The position numbers and the translations under genes are program-made. 44,163 nt of DNA from a virus (taxonomy: Duplodnaviria > Caudoviricetes), in the IMG/VR virus record IMGVR_UViG_3300025610_000042, positions 1 through 44,163 of that record; one strand, given 5' to 3'. Below the pieces are notes generated by a model. It was not told the DNA's origin and did not search any database. It saw only the letters and a list, made by a program, of their open reading frames with translations. Below are positions 20,355 through 28,395 of this stretch, piece by piece (within the stretch, counting starts at the first letter, position 1; each line of letters starts with the position of its first letter).

Positions 20355-20567
20355 CTAAGGGCTGCGCGTCTCCAGGATAGATTTGTCAACGTCTTCATAA
20401 CTGACGCCTCCAACCTCTTCTTCTTTGAGATAATACATATCCCAACAAGTTTGACTACAAAATTGTTCCACTTCCCATTCGTCAATGTCTATAACAACAT
20501 CGTAGTTAAATGTTTCTTTACAAGTAACACACTTGCCAACACATGATAATAATCTTGCTCTAGGCAT
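20355..20567 (-). CDS. Small zinc-finger-like protein
   Basis: CVTC...FCSQTC; likely start MPRARLL at 20567 (track start 20642). Confidence 0.55.
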   Translation of the reverse strand: MPRARLLSCVGKCVTCKETFNYDVVIDIDEWEVEQFCSQTCWDMYYLKEEEVGGVSYEDVDKSILETRSP

Positions 20568-20892
20568 TGTTACCACCTGGAACCAATTGCTTTTGTAAGT
20601 AATGAAGACTAACAAATATGTGATTTGTGTCTTCTTGCTCAACGTGTAAATCTAAATCGCTATCAATGAAGAGATAATTATTTGATTCCTCGCCAAAGGT
20701 CTCAATATAATGTTCTCGTTCTGTGTCATAACAATAATTTAACACGTGTGTAATTGCTGCATAGAGTTCTTCATCTAAGCGGATAGTATTCTTGGCTTGG
20801 TAACCTTTAGCAGCATAACCTGAAACTATCCAGGCAGTGCTTACAATCCACAATAGAAGTAGAACACCAATATAATTAATTTGCATATTCAT
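20560..20892 (-). CDS. Hypothetical protein with N-terminal transmembrane helix
   Basis: YIGVLLLLWIVSTAWIVSGY; RBS AGGAG. Confidence 0.65.
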   Translation of the reverse strand: MNMQINYIGVLLLLWIVSTAWIVSGYAAKGYQAKNTIRLDEELYAAITHVLNYCYDTEREHYIETFGEESNNYLFIDSDLDLHVEQEDTNHIFVSLHYLQKQLVPGGNNA

Positions 20893-21082
20893 AACTCCTG
20901 TTTATTTTTTCCACTAGCTTATTATATTTTACTTTTTGCTCAGAATCAACAACTATTCTTATTTCTCTATCGAGAATCTGTATAGCTTTGCCTACTCCCA
21001 ATACTTGCTCTGCAATGGTTGTATCAGCTTTGACTCCTTTAGCAAAGTTCATCATCAACTTATATACTTCGTTTCTATCCAT
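20876..21082 (-). CDS. Hypothetical protein
   Basis: 68-aa ORF with GGAGGAG RBS, tiling the operon. Confidence 0.65.
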   Translation of the reverse strand: MDRNEVYKLMMNFAKGVKADTTIAEQVLGVGKAIQILDREIRIVVDSEQKVKYNKLVEKINRSYEYAN

Positions 21083-21083
21083 T

Positions 21084-21659
21084 TTATATACTCCTCCACA
21101 AATATATTTTTCCGTTTACTTCTGCCCTTTGCATATCCATAAGCATATCGTGGCGCACTGCGGACCAATCAATATAATGATATAATCTATCTGTCTCGCT
21201 CACGTCATAGATTTCCATAAACTCATATTCCAGGTGCGTGTTCTGTTCGTCTATGTTGTCGAATACCTGGACGGAGTAAGCAAATTCTTCGAACATCTCG
21301 CTTGGCTCTTGATTAATGTCTAATTCATCATTCATTAGATAAACATCTTTAAACGCTCTAATGTAATCAAAATTTGGAACGAGTTTTAAAAGTTCAACAT
21401 ATCCAAATAATTCTTCGGCTAGCATATACTCGCCGCCTCCAAAATCATTATCTTGTATGTGAACTTCTTCACCGCCACAAACGAACGGAGTTTTGGCTCT
21501 TCTGTGTATCTCTTCCACGTCAAGCGCTCTCTGTATCTGTTCAAGCGTTGTGTCTTTGTTTATTTGGAACCAGTAGAAAGTCAAGCGCCCTTGATTGTAA
21601 CAAGCAAGGCAGCCAGGACAAATTTCTATAAAGTTCTTGGTCTCTGTTTGTTGTGTCAT
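21084..21659 (-). CDS. ardA: ArdA-family antirestriction protein (DNA mimic)
   Basis: CLACYNQGRL..W, GEEVHIQDND, C-terminal YIDWSAVRHDM; strongly acidic. Confidence 0.85.
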   Translation of the reverse strand: MTQQTETKNFIEICPGCLACYNQGRLTFYWFQINKDTTLEQIQRALDVEEIHRRAKTPFVCGGEEVHIQDNDFGGGEYMLAEELFGYVELLKLVPNFDYIRAFKDVYLMNDELDINQEPSEMFEEFAYSVQVFDNIDEQNTHLEYEFMEIYDVSETDRLYHYIDWSAVRHDMLMDMQRAEVNGKIYLWRSI

Positions 21660-21660
21660 C

Positions 21661-21849
21661 TTATCTTATTCCCTTCAAATAATCTCTAAACATTCTTTTT
21701 GATTCCTGGATAGAGTAACCCATATAAACTTGCTTTGTCGCAAAGTCTTCCGCGTCATGCAAGATTAAAGAACCATTAACAACGTTCTTATATACTGATA
21801 TTTTGTTAGTACTGTGTTTGTCTAATCTTTGGGGATATTCCCATGTCAT
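21661..21849 (-). CDS. Hypothetical protein, first gene of the ardA operon
   Basis: Strong RBS AAGGAGG with promoter directly upstream. Confidence 0.7.
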   Translation of the reverse strand: MTWEYPQRLDKHSTNKISVYKNVVNGSLILHDAEDFATKQVYMGYSIQESKRMFRDYLKGIR

Positions 21850-21872
21850 AATAACAACCTCCTTCTAAATCA

Positions 21873-21900
21873 ATTGTACCTGGAATAATTAAGTAATCAA
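21873..21900 (-). promoter_or_regulatory. Sigma70-type early promoter
   Basis: TTGATT-N16-TACAAT just downstream of a terminator. Confidence 0.55.
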
Positions 21901-21906
21901 GAACAT

Positions 21907-21940
21907 AAAAAAAAAGCTGCAACGATTCGGCGCTGCAGCT
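21907..21940 (-). terminator. Intrinsic terminator
   Basis: AGCTGCAGCG-N6-CGTTGCAGCT plus a long T run on minus strand. Confidence 0.8.
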
Positions 21941-21965
21941 CTTCCTTTACTTTTACTTTAGTTAA

Positions 21966-22175
21966 TTATGTATTGCTTAATTTCTCCTCCTCTTCCGCTA
22001 ATACTTTTATAATTTCCTCTTCGTCTGCTGCAAGCGTGTAATCAAATAATATTTCTTTCGCTCTCTCGTTATAAATGCGGAGATCAATTTCTTTTTTCAA
22101 TCGACCACGCAGCAGCGCGACTTCGTCACGACTGTGTCCTGTAATCTTTACGCCTTTGTATTCAAACAAAATCAT
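21966..22175 (-). CDS. Hypothetical protein
   Basis: Likely start MILFEY with ATGA overlap (track start 22193). Confidence 0.6.
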   Translation of the reverse strand: MILFEYKGVKITGHSRDEVALLRGRLKKEIDLRIYNERAKEILFDYTLAADEEEIIKVLAEEEEKLSNT

Positions 22176-22450
22176 ATTGTCACTCCTATACATTCTTCGC
22201 AGTAATCCATGTCACAATGAGTAAACAAGATAGAGTCAAACTTATTGTCCGCAGGTGTGTATACGTGGTCAGCTATTTGCAAATCACAAATATTTACGTA
22301 AAGCACTACGTACATACCTTCTTTTCTTATCCAGTTGTTTTCTATTGAGACTTTAGTCCAGAACTTACGCGCCTTGTCATACTCTTTTTGTAATATTTTA
22401 TAGCCACCTATTGCAGCAATAAAACGTACAAGCAATTTAGAGCTATTCAT
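22172..22450 (-). CDS. Hypothetical protein
   Basis: 92-aa ORF, RBS AAGGAG, ATGA overlap. Confidence 0.65.
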   Translation of the reverse strand: MNSSKLLVRFIAAIGGYKILQKEYDKARKFWTKVSIENNWIRKEGMYVVLYVNICDLQIADHVYTPADNKFDSILFTHCDMDYCEECIGVTI

Positions 22451-22659
22451 TTTAACTCCTTTAACTGACTTACTAATGATTCGTTAATAGTTTCTAATCT
22501 ATGTATCTCTGTCTCCTGGAGTCTTAACTGTTGTGTAATAGACTTCCATTCCCACATACGATTATGTCTCCAGGACTCATTAGCAAAGTAATATCCAAGC
22601 AGCACGCCTGCAATACTAAACATGAGATGACTTATTACGTTAAAGTGATACGCAATCAT
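22447..22659 (-). CDS. Small membrane protein with coiled coil
   Basis: LMFSIAGVLLGYYFA; likely start MIAYH (track start 22677). Confidence 0.6.
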   Translation of the reverse strand: MIAYHFNVISHLMFSIAGVLLGYYFANESWRHNRMWEWKSITQQLRLQETEIHRLETINESLVSQLKELK

Positions 22660-22919
22660 CTTGTCTCCTCGTAACAAGTGTTGCAGCGTTCTAATTCTCC
22701 GTCACCTTTAAAGTGCATGTTGCACCAGTCACATAAAGTTGCGCCGTCTAAGTCATCTCCTTCACCTATGCGGTCACCTAACTGTACTAACTGCACTCCT
22801 TCAGTAAAGTTCTTAGCTTTAACAACTATTAATCTAGCTTTTACATACGCTTGTATGTCAAGCAATAGTTCTTCGTCATCAACTTTATCAATTTCTGTTA
22901 ACCAATCATAAAGTATCAT
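22656..22919 (-). CDS. Hypothetical protein with C-terminal zinc ribbon
   Basis: CDWC...CNTC; RBS GGAGGAGG. Confidence 0.65.
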   Translation of the reverse strand: MILYDWLTEIDKVDDEELLLDIQAYVKARLIVVKAKNFTEGVQLVQLGDRIGEGDDLDGATLCDWCNMHFKGDGELERCNTCYEETR

Positions 22920-23755
22920 TATTCCTCCTCCAATTCACTGCGCTGCGGCATTATCCATACATGCTTTGCAGTTGCATTGTCAGTGCCGCTGCATGTTTTC
23001 TGAAACAATACTGCGTCAGCTAAATTGCCGTCGTAGTTATACATGTATGTAAAGTGTTCATCTTTATTAAAAGTTAAGAATGTCATAACTCTTTTAAGAT
23101 GTACTGGAGAATATTGTATATGAGTAATTGGTCTGCGCTTGTCAGGTCCAATAGCACCACGTGCGTCACTCCAAAAGGTTCTAAACATGTCTCTTGCACT
23201 TGTAATGTTATCAACCTTATTCAACATTGTGAAGACTCCTGCGCCGTCTATCTCAATACTTACCCAGTCAGTAGTAATCTCTTTGCCGTCAGGCATAGGA
23301 TACTTTGCGCCAGTTATCTTATCTGTGACAACACGTGGCTGCAATACCTGTGTATGTCCTTCCAATCTAAGATACATGTGTCCGTCCAGTTGTTCTTTGT
23401 TGTAGTGTTTACTTATATCTACTACATTAGTATTGAACTCTTTAACATCAACACTTGCATATACTCTATCAACGTACGCATTAAAAAACTTAGGATCATT
23501 TTCTTTATACTGCACCATGATAGATTCTTCACGTCCTGGACGAGAGAACTCTGTTATACCAAGAACATAACTGTCCGTTGTCCAGGCATACCATACGTTT
23601 TGTTGTACAACAAAAAATATTCTACTCAATTTATTTGAATGGAATGTTTTCTTGCTGCTTGCTAATGTTGTCATATTTTTAAGCAGCTTTAAATCTGCTA
23701 AGGTAATAGGAACTCTAACCTGTATTTTGCCGTCATGAATATCTAGTTTATCCAT
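22919..23755 (-). CDS. DNA polymerase III beta sliding-clamp-like protein (divergent)
   Basis: LSRIFF...YAWTTDSYVLG resembles the clamp LxGV...ATDxxRL segment; start MDKLD after AAAGGAG (track start 23770). Confidence 0.45.
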   Translation of the reverse strand: MDKLDIHDGKIQVRVPITLADLKLLKNMTTLASSKKTFHSNKLSRIFFVVQQNVWYAWTTDSYVLGITEFSRPGREESIMVQYKENDPKFFNAYVDRVYASVDVKEFNTNVVDISKHYNKEQLDGHMYLRLEGHTQVLQPRVVTDKITGAKYPMPDGKEITTDWVSIEIDGAGVFTMLNKVDNITSARDMFRTFWSDARGAIGPDKRRPITHIQYSPVHLKRVMTFLTFNKDEHFTYMYNYDGNLADAVLFQKTCSGTDNATAKHVWIMPQRSELEEE

Positions 23756-23775
23756 ACAACTCCTTTCCACTATTA

Positions 23776-23804
23776 AATTTAGTTTATAAGAGTTATCTAG
23801 TCAA
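23776..23804 (-). promoter_or_regulatory. Sigma70-type early promoter
   Basis: TTGACT-N17-TAAATT upstream of the clamp-like gene RBS. Confidence 0.5.
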
Positions 23805-24011
23805 GTTCTTATTCCAACGATTGTGTTTAATTATTTTTTTCCTGGAGTTATCTGATTCGCAGGGGAGTCCGTCAATGTGGTGCATAAATTTTTGTTTGCA
23901 TACTAAACATGGTTCATGTCTGTTGTATTTGTATTCAACTTTAGCCATTAAAGATTGCAGCGCAAGTGCAGTTTTGCGCGCAGCTTTGTCTATATCCTGC
24001 GTACGACTCAC
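23793..24011 (-). CDS. Hypothetical protein with CxxC-H-C metal-binding motif
   Basis: CLVC..HH..LPC; GTGA overlap. Confidence 0.6.
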   Translation of the reverse strand: MSRTQDIDKAARKTALALQSLMAKVEYKYNRHEPCLVCKQKFMHHIDGLPCESDNSRKKIIKHNRWNKNLTR

Positions 24012-24385
24012 GGCAATTGTTTCCAGAAGGGATCATCATAAAAACTATTTCCAATTTTAGATTCAACGATCTCCAAAAAAGTATCAAGAGTTAAACAAAC
24101 TATGATTGGTACACCATCTGGCTGCCGCCGACTCTTGTCAGTTTTTACCAGGCGTTTCCATACCAGTGCTGTAAATTGCGACTTCGACTTCTTTATAGAT
24201 TTAGCAAGCTCACGTGTAACATTGAGTGACTGTCTTGCCTTACACTCAACGTAAAAGTCTTGACCATTCCAATTAAATAGTACATCTCCCTTGTCATTGA
24301 TACCACCTTCCGCAATCCTAGAACCATTCAACATTTTTGCTACGAATGTCTCTAGCTTTGTACCCTGTTGTTTTTGTTTTGACAT
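24008..24385 (-). CDS. Holliday junction resolvase (PD-(D/E)xK, Hjc-like)
   Basis: KQQGTKLE...KGDV...VECKA. Confidence 0.8.
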   Translation of the reverse strand: MSKQKQQGTKLETFVAKMLNGSRIAEGGINDKGDVLFNWNGQDFYVECKARQSLNVTRELAKSIKKSKSQFTALVWKRLVKTDKSRRQPDGVPIIVCLTLDTFLEIVESKIGNSFYDDPFWKQLP

Positions 24386-24822
24386 TAGTCTTCTTTCTTA
24401 AATAGTTTTCTACCTTTCAATGCTTTAGAACTATTAAGAACTTTAGCTACAGCTTTTATGTAATCAATCATATCTGCACGCGGCAACCTACCATAATCTA
24501 TTTGTGTACCACGTGTAATAAAAGAATAACTAAAGTAATCATACATATCATGCACGACTTCAAGTTCGCCGACTCCTTTGTTAGTAACGATACCGACTCT
24601 AACCCCACCATAGTGTGGTCCAGGATCAGTTGGGAATGAAGGATCTATTTTAAGTATTGTTTGTACTAGATTAGATTCACTAGCACTATCGTATGGAAAA
24701 AAATCTATCTTCTTTGATTCATCTTCCTCTATACAGTATGTGATAGCTTCAAGAAATCCATTACATTCGTCCATCATATCCCAGACGTTAAGTGCGCCTT
24801 TGCTCTGTAATATTTCTCTCAT
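24385..24822 (-). CDS. Hypothetical protein
   Basis: 145-aa ORF, TAATG coupling. Confidence 0.65.
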   Translation of the reverse strand: MREILQSKGALNVWDMMDECNGFLEAITYCIEEDESKKIDFFPYDSASESNLVQTILKIDPSFPTDPGPHYGGVRVGIVTNKGVGELEVVHDMYDYFSYSFITRGTQIDYGRLPRADMIDYIKAVAKVLNSSKALKGRKLFKKED

Positions 24823-24824
24823 TA

Positions 24825-25082
24825 CTATAACTGTAGCTGAATTTGATCTTCAAGTCTATTCAACAATTGCTGTTTTTTCTTTTGATCATTCAACTTATAC
24901 ATGCTGACACCACCTCTGTGAGTGTGCATGTTGCACTTCTGACCTAAGATATAATCTTCGCCATGATCTGCACGTATCTCTGATATTCTATTGCGTGCTG
25001 ACCAACCAAACTCTATAAGTTCTGTTGCACAATGCCACTTGTCATCATCAAGTAGCTGCAATATATCATCTCTCATTGTCAT
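24825..25082 (-). CDS. Winged-helix/HTH DNA-binding protein
   Basis: ILQLLDD.KWH.ATEL...ARNRISEIR...MYKL pattern. Confidence 0.6.
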   Translation of the reverse strand: MTMRDDILQLLDDDKWHCATELIEFGWSARNRISEIRADHGEDYILGQKCNMHTHRGGVSMYKLNDQKKKQQLLNRLEDQIQLQL

Positions 25083-25204
25083 TTGTTAAGATCAAAGTCT
25101 TCATCAGGATCATTATGCTTGTTAATCATAACTTCCATAACCATCTCTTTAAATTCTTTTGAACCAACCTTTATACTTGGTCCATCAAACGGATTCTTGC
25201 TCAC
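25079..25204 (-). CDS. 41-aa hypothetical protein (not in ORF track)
   Basis: GTG start, MSKNPFDGPSIKVGSKEF...; ATGA overlap with next gene. Confidence 0.5.
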   Translation of the reverse strand: MSKNPFDGPSIKVGSKEFKEMVMEVMINKHNDPDEDFDLNK

Positions 25205-25310
25205 CTTCCACCTCTTCCCTTACATTTATTGGTATGTGCTTTGGTGCATTTTCAAACTCAATGTCCTGGAATACACCTGCACTGTCAACTTTTATTATTA
25301 TTGTAAACAT
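25185..25310 (-). CDS. 41-aa hypothetical protein (not in ORF track)
   Basis: MFTIIIKVDSAGVFQDIEF...; TAATG coupling to upstream gene. Confidence 0.5.
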   Translation of the reverse strand: MFTIIIKVDSAGVFQDIEFENAPKHIPINVREEVEGEQESV

Positions 25311-26071
25311 TAGAACGGTGCTTCGTCTTCGCCAATATCCTCTATTGCTTTTGCTTCAGGCATTGCAGGCATAAACCATTCTTCTGGTGCTTGTTTAGCT
25401 GCGTTGAATGATTCCATGTAATATATACGTGGATTACCATTGTCACATTCTTTGTTCTTACACTTCCAGTCAGGATAAGTATTTTTAATTTTACCGCTAG
25501 CTTTATCTACTCTGTTATCCCATAACTCACTGTTGCAGCTTAAACATCTTGGTTCTGTTGTTCCATTAGTTACTACAACTTTTTCCTCAACCACTACACC
25601 AATCTCTTCTAATGCTGCTTTAGTATCTTCTACTGGACCAGTCGGTACATCTTTAATTTTTTCTTGTACAGACGGTGAAGGAGTATAGCTATTGCTGTTG
25701 CCAGTTTTAGCTACACTCTTGGTAACTTGACTGTCCGACAAGTTCTCCACCTTCTGCATTTCTGTGACTGATGGTCTTGCTTTTGCTGTATAGCCGAACC
25801 AGTTTGCAAGTCCACGTCCTATCGCAGATGTCTCTGCGTTTTCAATCCATGATGTTAAGTTAGCACCTTTAGGACCTTGTTGATCCTGTGCTATACCTGT
25901 TGCTACAGGATTTATATCTTCTATATCTTTATATATCATAGCTCTAACAACTATGCTTTGATGATCATCTGATATAGATAGATGTTCTGTATAGACTCTA
26001 CCATTAGGATTGTTCTCCCAAAACTTTGCTAGTCTATCTTCTACTTGATCGTATTCTTCTTGCCAACCCAT
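25310..26071 (-). CDS. ssDNA-annealing protein (Rad52/Sak3/ERF-like) with C-terminal zinc ribbon
   Basis: YDQVEDRL, ATG, ENAETSAIGRGLAN; CLSC..WDNR..PDWKC..C; acidic SSB-like tail EDEAPF. Confidence 0.7.
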   Translation of the reverse strand: MGWQEEYDQVEDRLAKFWENNPNGRVYTEHLSISDDHQSIVVRAMIYKDIEDINPVATGIAQDQQGPKGANLTSWIENAETSAIGRGLANWFGYTAKARPSVTEMQKVENLSDSQVTKSVAKTGNSNSYTPSPSVQEKIKDVPTGPVEDTKAALEEIGVVVEEKVVVTNGTTEPRCLSCNSELWDNRVDKASGKIKNTYPDWKCKNKECDNGNPRIYYMESFNAAKQAPEEWFMPAMPEAKAIEDIGEDEAPF

Positions 26072-26316
26072 CAGTCGTTATCCTCCTCGTTAATATCTTG
26101 TTCTTTATCTATATGGTATTCTACCCATACTTTTGTTTGTTTACCAACACTATATTGTTTTAAAATATCTGTAATACTTTGTTCCATGTGGTTAAATATT
26201 ATATCAAATATTTTTTCTGCTTCTTCAACATTACTTGCAGTAATTATAAAGTCTCTTGTACTGTGATCAGTAAACATTACTTTTACATCTCTGTCCATTG
26301 GATGAGGTGCGCTCAT
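26071..26316 (-). CDS. Hypothetical protein
   Basis: 81-aa ORF with start/stop overlaps. Confidence 0.65.
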   Translation of the reverse strand: MSAPHPMDRDVKVMFTDHSTRDFIITASNVEEAEKIFDIIFNHMEQSITDILKQYSVGKQTKVWVEYHIDKEQDINEEDND

Positions 26317-26513
26317 TCTTGTTCTCCTATAGCTATAGCAGTATTCATCATCTCGTTGTAATCAGTTACAAACTTTGTTGTTAAATCTTCTACTTTTTTT
26401 GGATTAATTTTATTAAGTTTAATAGATGTCTGTGACACTTCTTGTCCACCGCATGCGTTAGCCATAGCTATCGCCCACTTCTTCATCTCCTTTTGACTTG
26501 TAAATAAATTCAT
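26313..26513 (-). CDS. Hypothetical protein
   Basis: 66-aa ORF tiling the operon. Confidence 0.6.
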   Translation of the reverse strand: MNLFTSQKEMKKWAIAMANACGGQEVSQTSIKLNKINPKKVEDLTTKFVTDYNEMMNTAIAIGEQE

Positions 26514-26516
26514 AAC

Positions 26517-26753
26517 TTAGTCGCCGCCGCGTTCTGATCTAACAAATACATAATGTATAACGTTATTCCAGTTTTCAAAATGGTGTATGTTTAAACCATG
26601 TCTGTGTAACCAGTCACGTAACTCACCTGTGCTGTCTATGTACTTAGGACTGTTCTTATGTATTACAACAAATCCTCTACCAGTTTCTCCAACTGATTGT
26701 ACAAGTTCTGACAACATAAAGTTATCATCAAACGTAGTATTAATTGCAGTCAT
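26517..26753 (-). CDS. Hypothetical protein, first gene of early operon
   Basis: RBS GGGAGG; TATAAT upstream at about 26773-26778. Confidence 0.65.
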   Translation of the reverse strand: MTAINTTFDDNFMLSELVQSVGETGRGFVVIHKNSPKYIDSTGELRDWLHRHGLNIHHFENWNNVIHYVFVRSERGGD

Positions 26754-26811
26754 TACTACCTCCCACTATTAATTATATAGCATAAATACAGAATCGTAAA
26801 GAATTTATAGT

Positions 26812-26890
26812 AAAAACACCAGATCGAAGTTATGATCTGGTGACAAGGATCAGAGTAAAGGAGGAAACCTCTGACCAATGAATTGACTTG
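26812..26890 (-). ncRNA. Candidate small RNA with anti-SD loop
   Basis: Extended -10 TGCTATAAT (26905-26897); hairpin GGTCAGAG-GTTTCCTCCTTTA-CTCTGATC; terminator CACCAGATC-N8-GATCTGGTG-T5. Confidence 0.65.
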
Positions 26891-26916
26891 ACAACTATTA
26901 TAGCATGCAGTAATCT
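26888..26916 (+). promoter_or_regulatory. Sigma70-type promoter overlapping a divergent extended -10
   Basis: TTGACA-N17-TAATCT. Confidence 0.6.
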
Positions 26917-26922
26917 GTGGAT

Positions 26923-27001
26923 ATAGTTATCTTACGTGTCATAACGTTAGACAACTCCTTCCCACAAGCAATAAAGCGGACCTGTGAGTCCGCTTTGCTT
27001 T
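26923..27001 (+). ncRNA. Candidate trans-acting antisense small RNA against early-gene RBSs
   Basis: Lies between promoter and terminator; 26951-26965 matches 14/15 nt of the strand opposite the RBS at 23756-23770. Confidence 0.65.
26973..27000. terminator. Bidirectional intrinsic terminator
   Basis: AAAGCGGAC-CTGTGA-GTCCGCTTT, T-rich on both strands. Confidence 0.8.
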
Positions 27002-28220
27002 ATACTATCTCTTTATTATTGTGTCCTTTATGATCTATAACCATAGTCATAACACCTTGTTTTGTTTTCTTACCTGCTTGATGTTCAAACCATGTTGACT
27101 CATCTAAGCTAGGTACCTGGATCCAGGTGCGTCCATCATGTACTTCTCTGTGGTGGTGGTAATGTCCTGTAACCAGGATCTCGCTTGATCCTGCATGAAA
27201 GCCACCGAATGTTTGGTTCTTCCACCAGTTCATTAGTTTATTTTCTACCGATCCACTGTAACCTGCAAGATGTCCATGAGTAAAGCTCATGTTTGTGCCA
27301 CATACATTTAATGATAAGTGTGGTTCATCTGGTATAACAAACTTTACATGTTTGTACTGTGGTTTATCTGCAAATATTTCTGCAATCTGTTCAAACACTT
27401 CTATGTCATAGTTGTCCATCTCACCTGTTGGTGCAAGATTCTTTGCAATTCTTTTAGTTCCATGATTACCTGGTACTGCACCTACTACAACTACATCAAA
27501 GTCTCTTGACCATTCAACTAATGCTTTAGCAATAAGTCTTCTAGCTAACTTCATTTGATTACGATAATCGAGTTCGACTCCGTTAGGTCCCATAGCTTGT
27601 GGATAAAATCCTACGCAGCCCTCGACTATATCACCGAGTCCTACAACTGTTAACTGATCTAGCTGCACTCCTGCTTTACGCAAGAAGTTATAACGATCAC
27701 GTACTGTATCTATCTTTTCTAAAAATCTATTAACAATAGCTTCAGTACCACCGCCATCACGCTTGCCTAACTGTAGGTCAGATATAGCAACAAAGAAACT
27801 AGCTTTAGGTTTTGTTACTTTAGGTTTAGCTTTACGCTTGTAAGTCTGGATCCACTTAGATATACGATCATAATCTTCTTTGTCTAGTGCATGTTCTTTG
27901 TACACAATCTGTGCTTTGTATGCCCATGCTTGTTGCACGTCTCCTTTGCCCATATTCATATCCCACGTGCTTACACGGATAGTGTCATTAAGAATAGAAT
28001 ACTTGTCAGGATCGAATCCCCAAGATTGTAAAAGATCATTAAACTCTGGACTAGCGTTGTCCATAGGTCTTGTAGTTATAGTTCCAGTCTTAGTTTTGTA
28101 ATCAAAAGTAACGCCTGGTTCCCAACCATTAGGGTGGGATTCTACATCTTTAGTTTCGTTGTGTGCTACGTCCTGTTGGGTTGCAGTAAGTTTACTTACC
28201 TGCGAGTTGTTTTTTTGCAT
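27000..28220 (-). CDS. Calcineurin-like metallophosphoesterase (MRE11-like nuclease family seen in actinophages)
   Basis: SDLQLG, GLGDIVEG, VPGNHG, THGH, TGHYHH. Confidence 0.85.
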   Translation of the reverse strand: MQKNNSQVSKLTATQQDVAHNETKDVESHPNGWEPGVTFDYKTKTGTITTRPMDNASPEFNDLLQSWGFDPDKYSILNDTIRVSTWDMNMGKGDVQQAWAYKAQIVYKEHALDKEDYDRISKWIQTYKRKAKPKVTKPKASFFVAISDLQLGKRDGGGTEAIVNRFLEKIDTVRDRYNFLRKAGVQLDQLTVVGLGDIVEGCVGFYPQAMGPNGVELDYRNQMKLARRLIAKALVEWSRDFDVVVVGAVPGNHGTKRIAKNLAPTGEMDNYDIEVFEQIAEIFADKPQYKHVKFVIPDEPHLSLNVCGTNMSFTHGHLAGYSGSVENKLMNWWKNQTFGGFHAGSSEILVTGHYHHHREVHDGRTWIQVPSLDESTWFEHQAGKKTKQGVMTMVIDHKGHNNKEIV

Positions 28221-28383
28221 ACTCTTTTAGTACTACTATTACTGATCCACCACCTGCAATTGCTGCAGCTTGGATTGCTGTAATGTCTAAGTCGAGTGCA
28301 GGACCTACAAGTAAAGCAGAACCAAATGCTTCAATGAATGTCCATACAACTTTTTCGATAAGTGCTTTGAGTTCATCACTCAT
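28192..28383 (-). CDS. Holin (r1t-like)
   Basis: EKVVWTFIEAF, two hydrophobic segments, basic tail; adjacent to lysin. Confidence 0.7.
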   Translation of the reverse strand: MSDELKALIEKVVWTFIEAFGSALLVGPALDLDITAIQAAAIAGGGSVIVVLKEYAKKQLAGK

Positions 28384-28395
28384 ATTATCTCCAGT

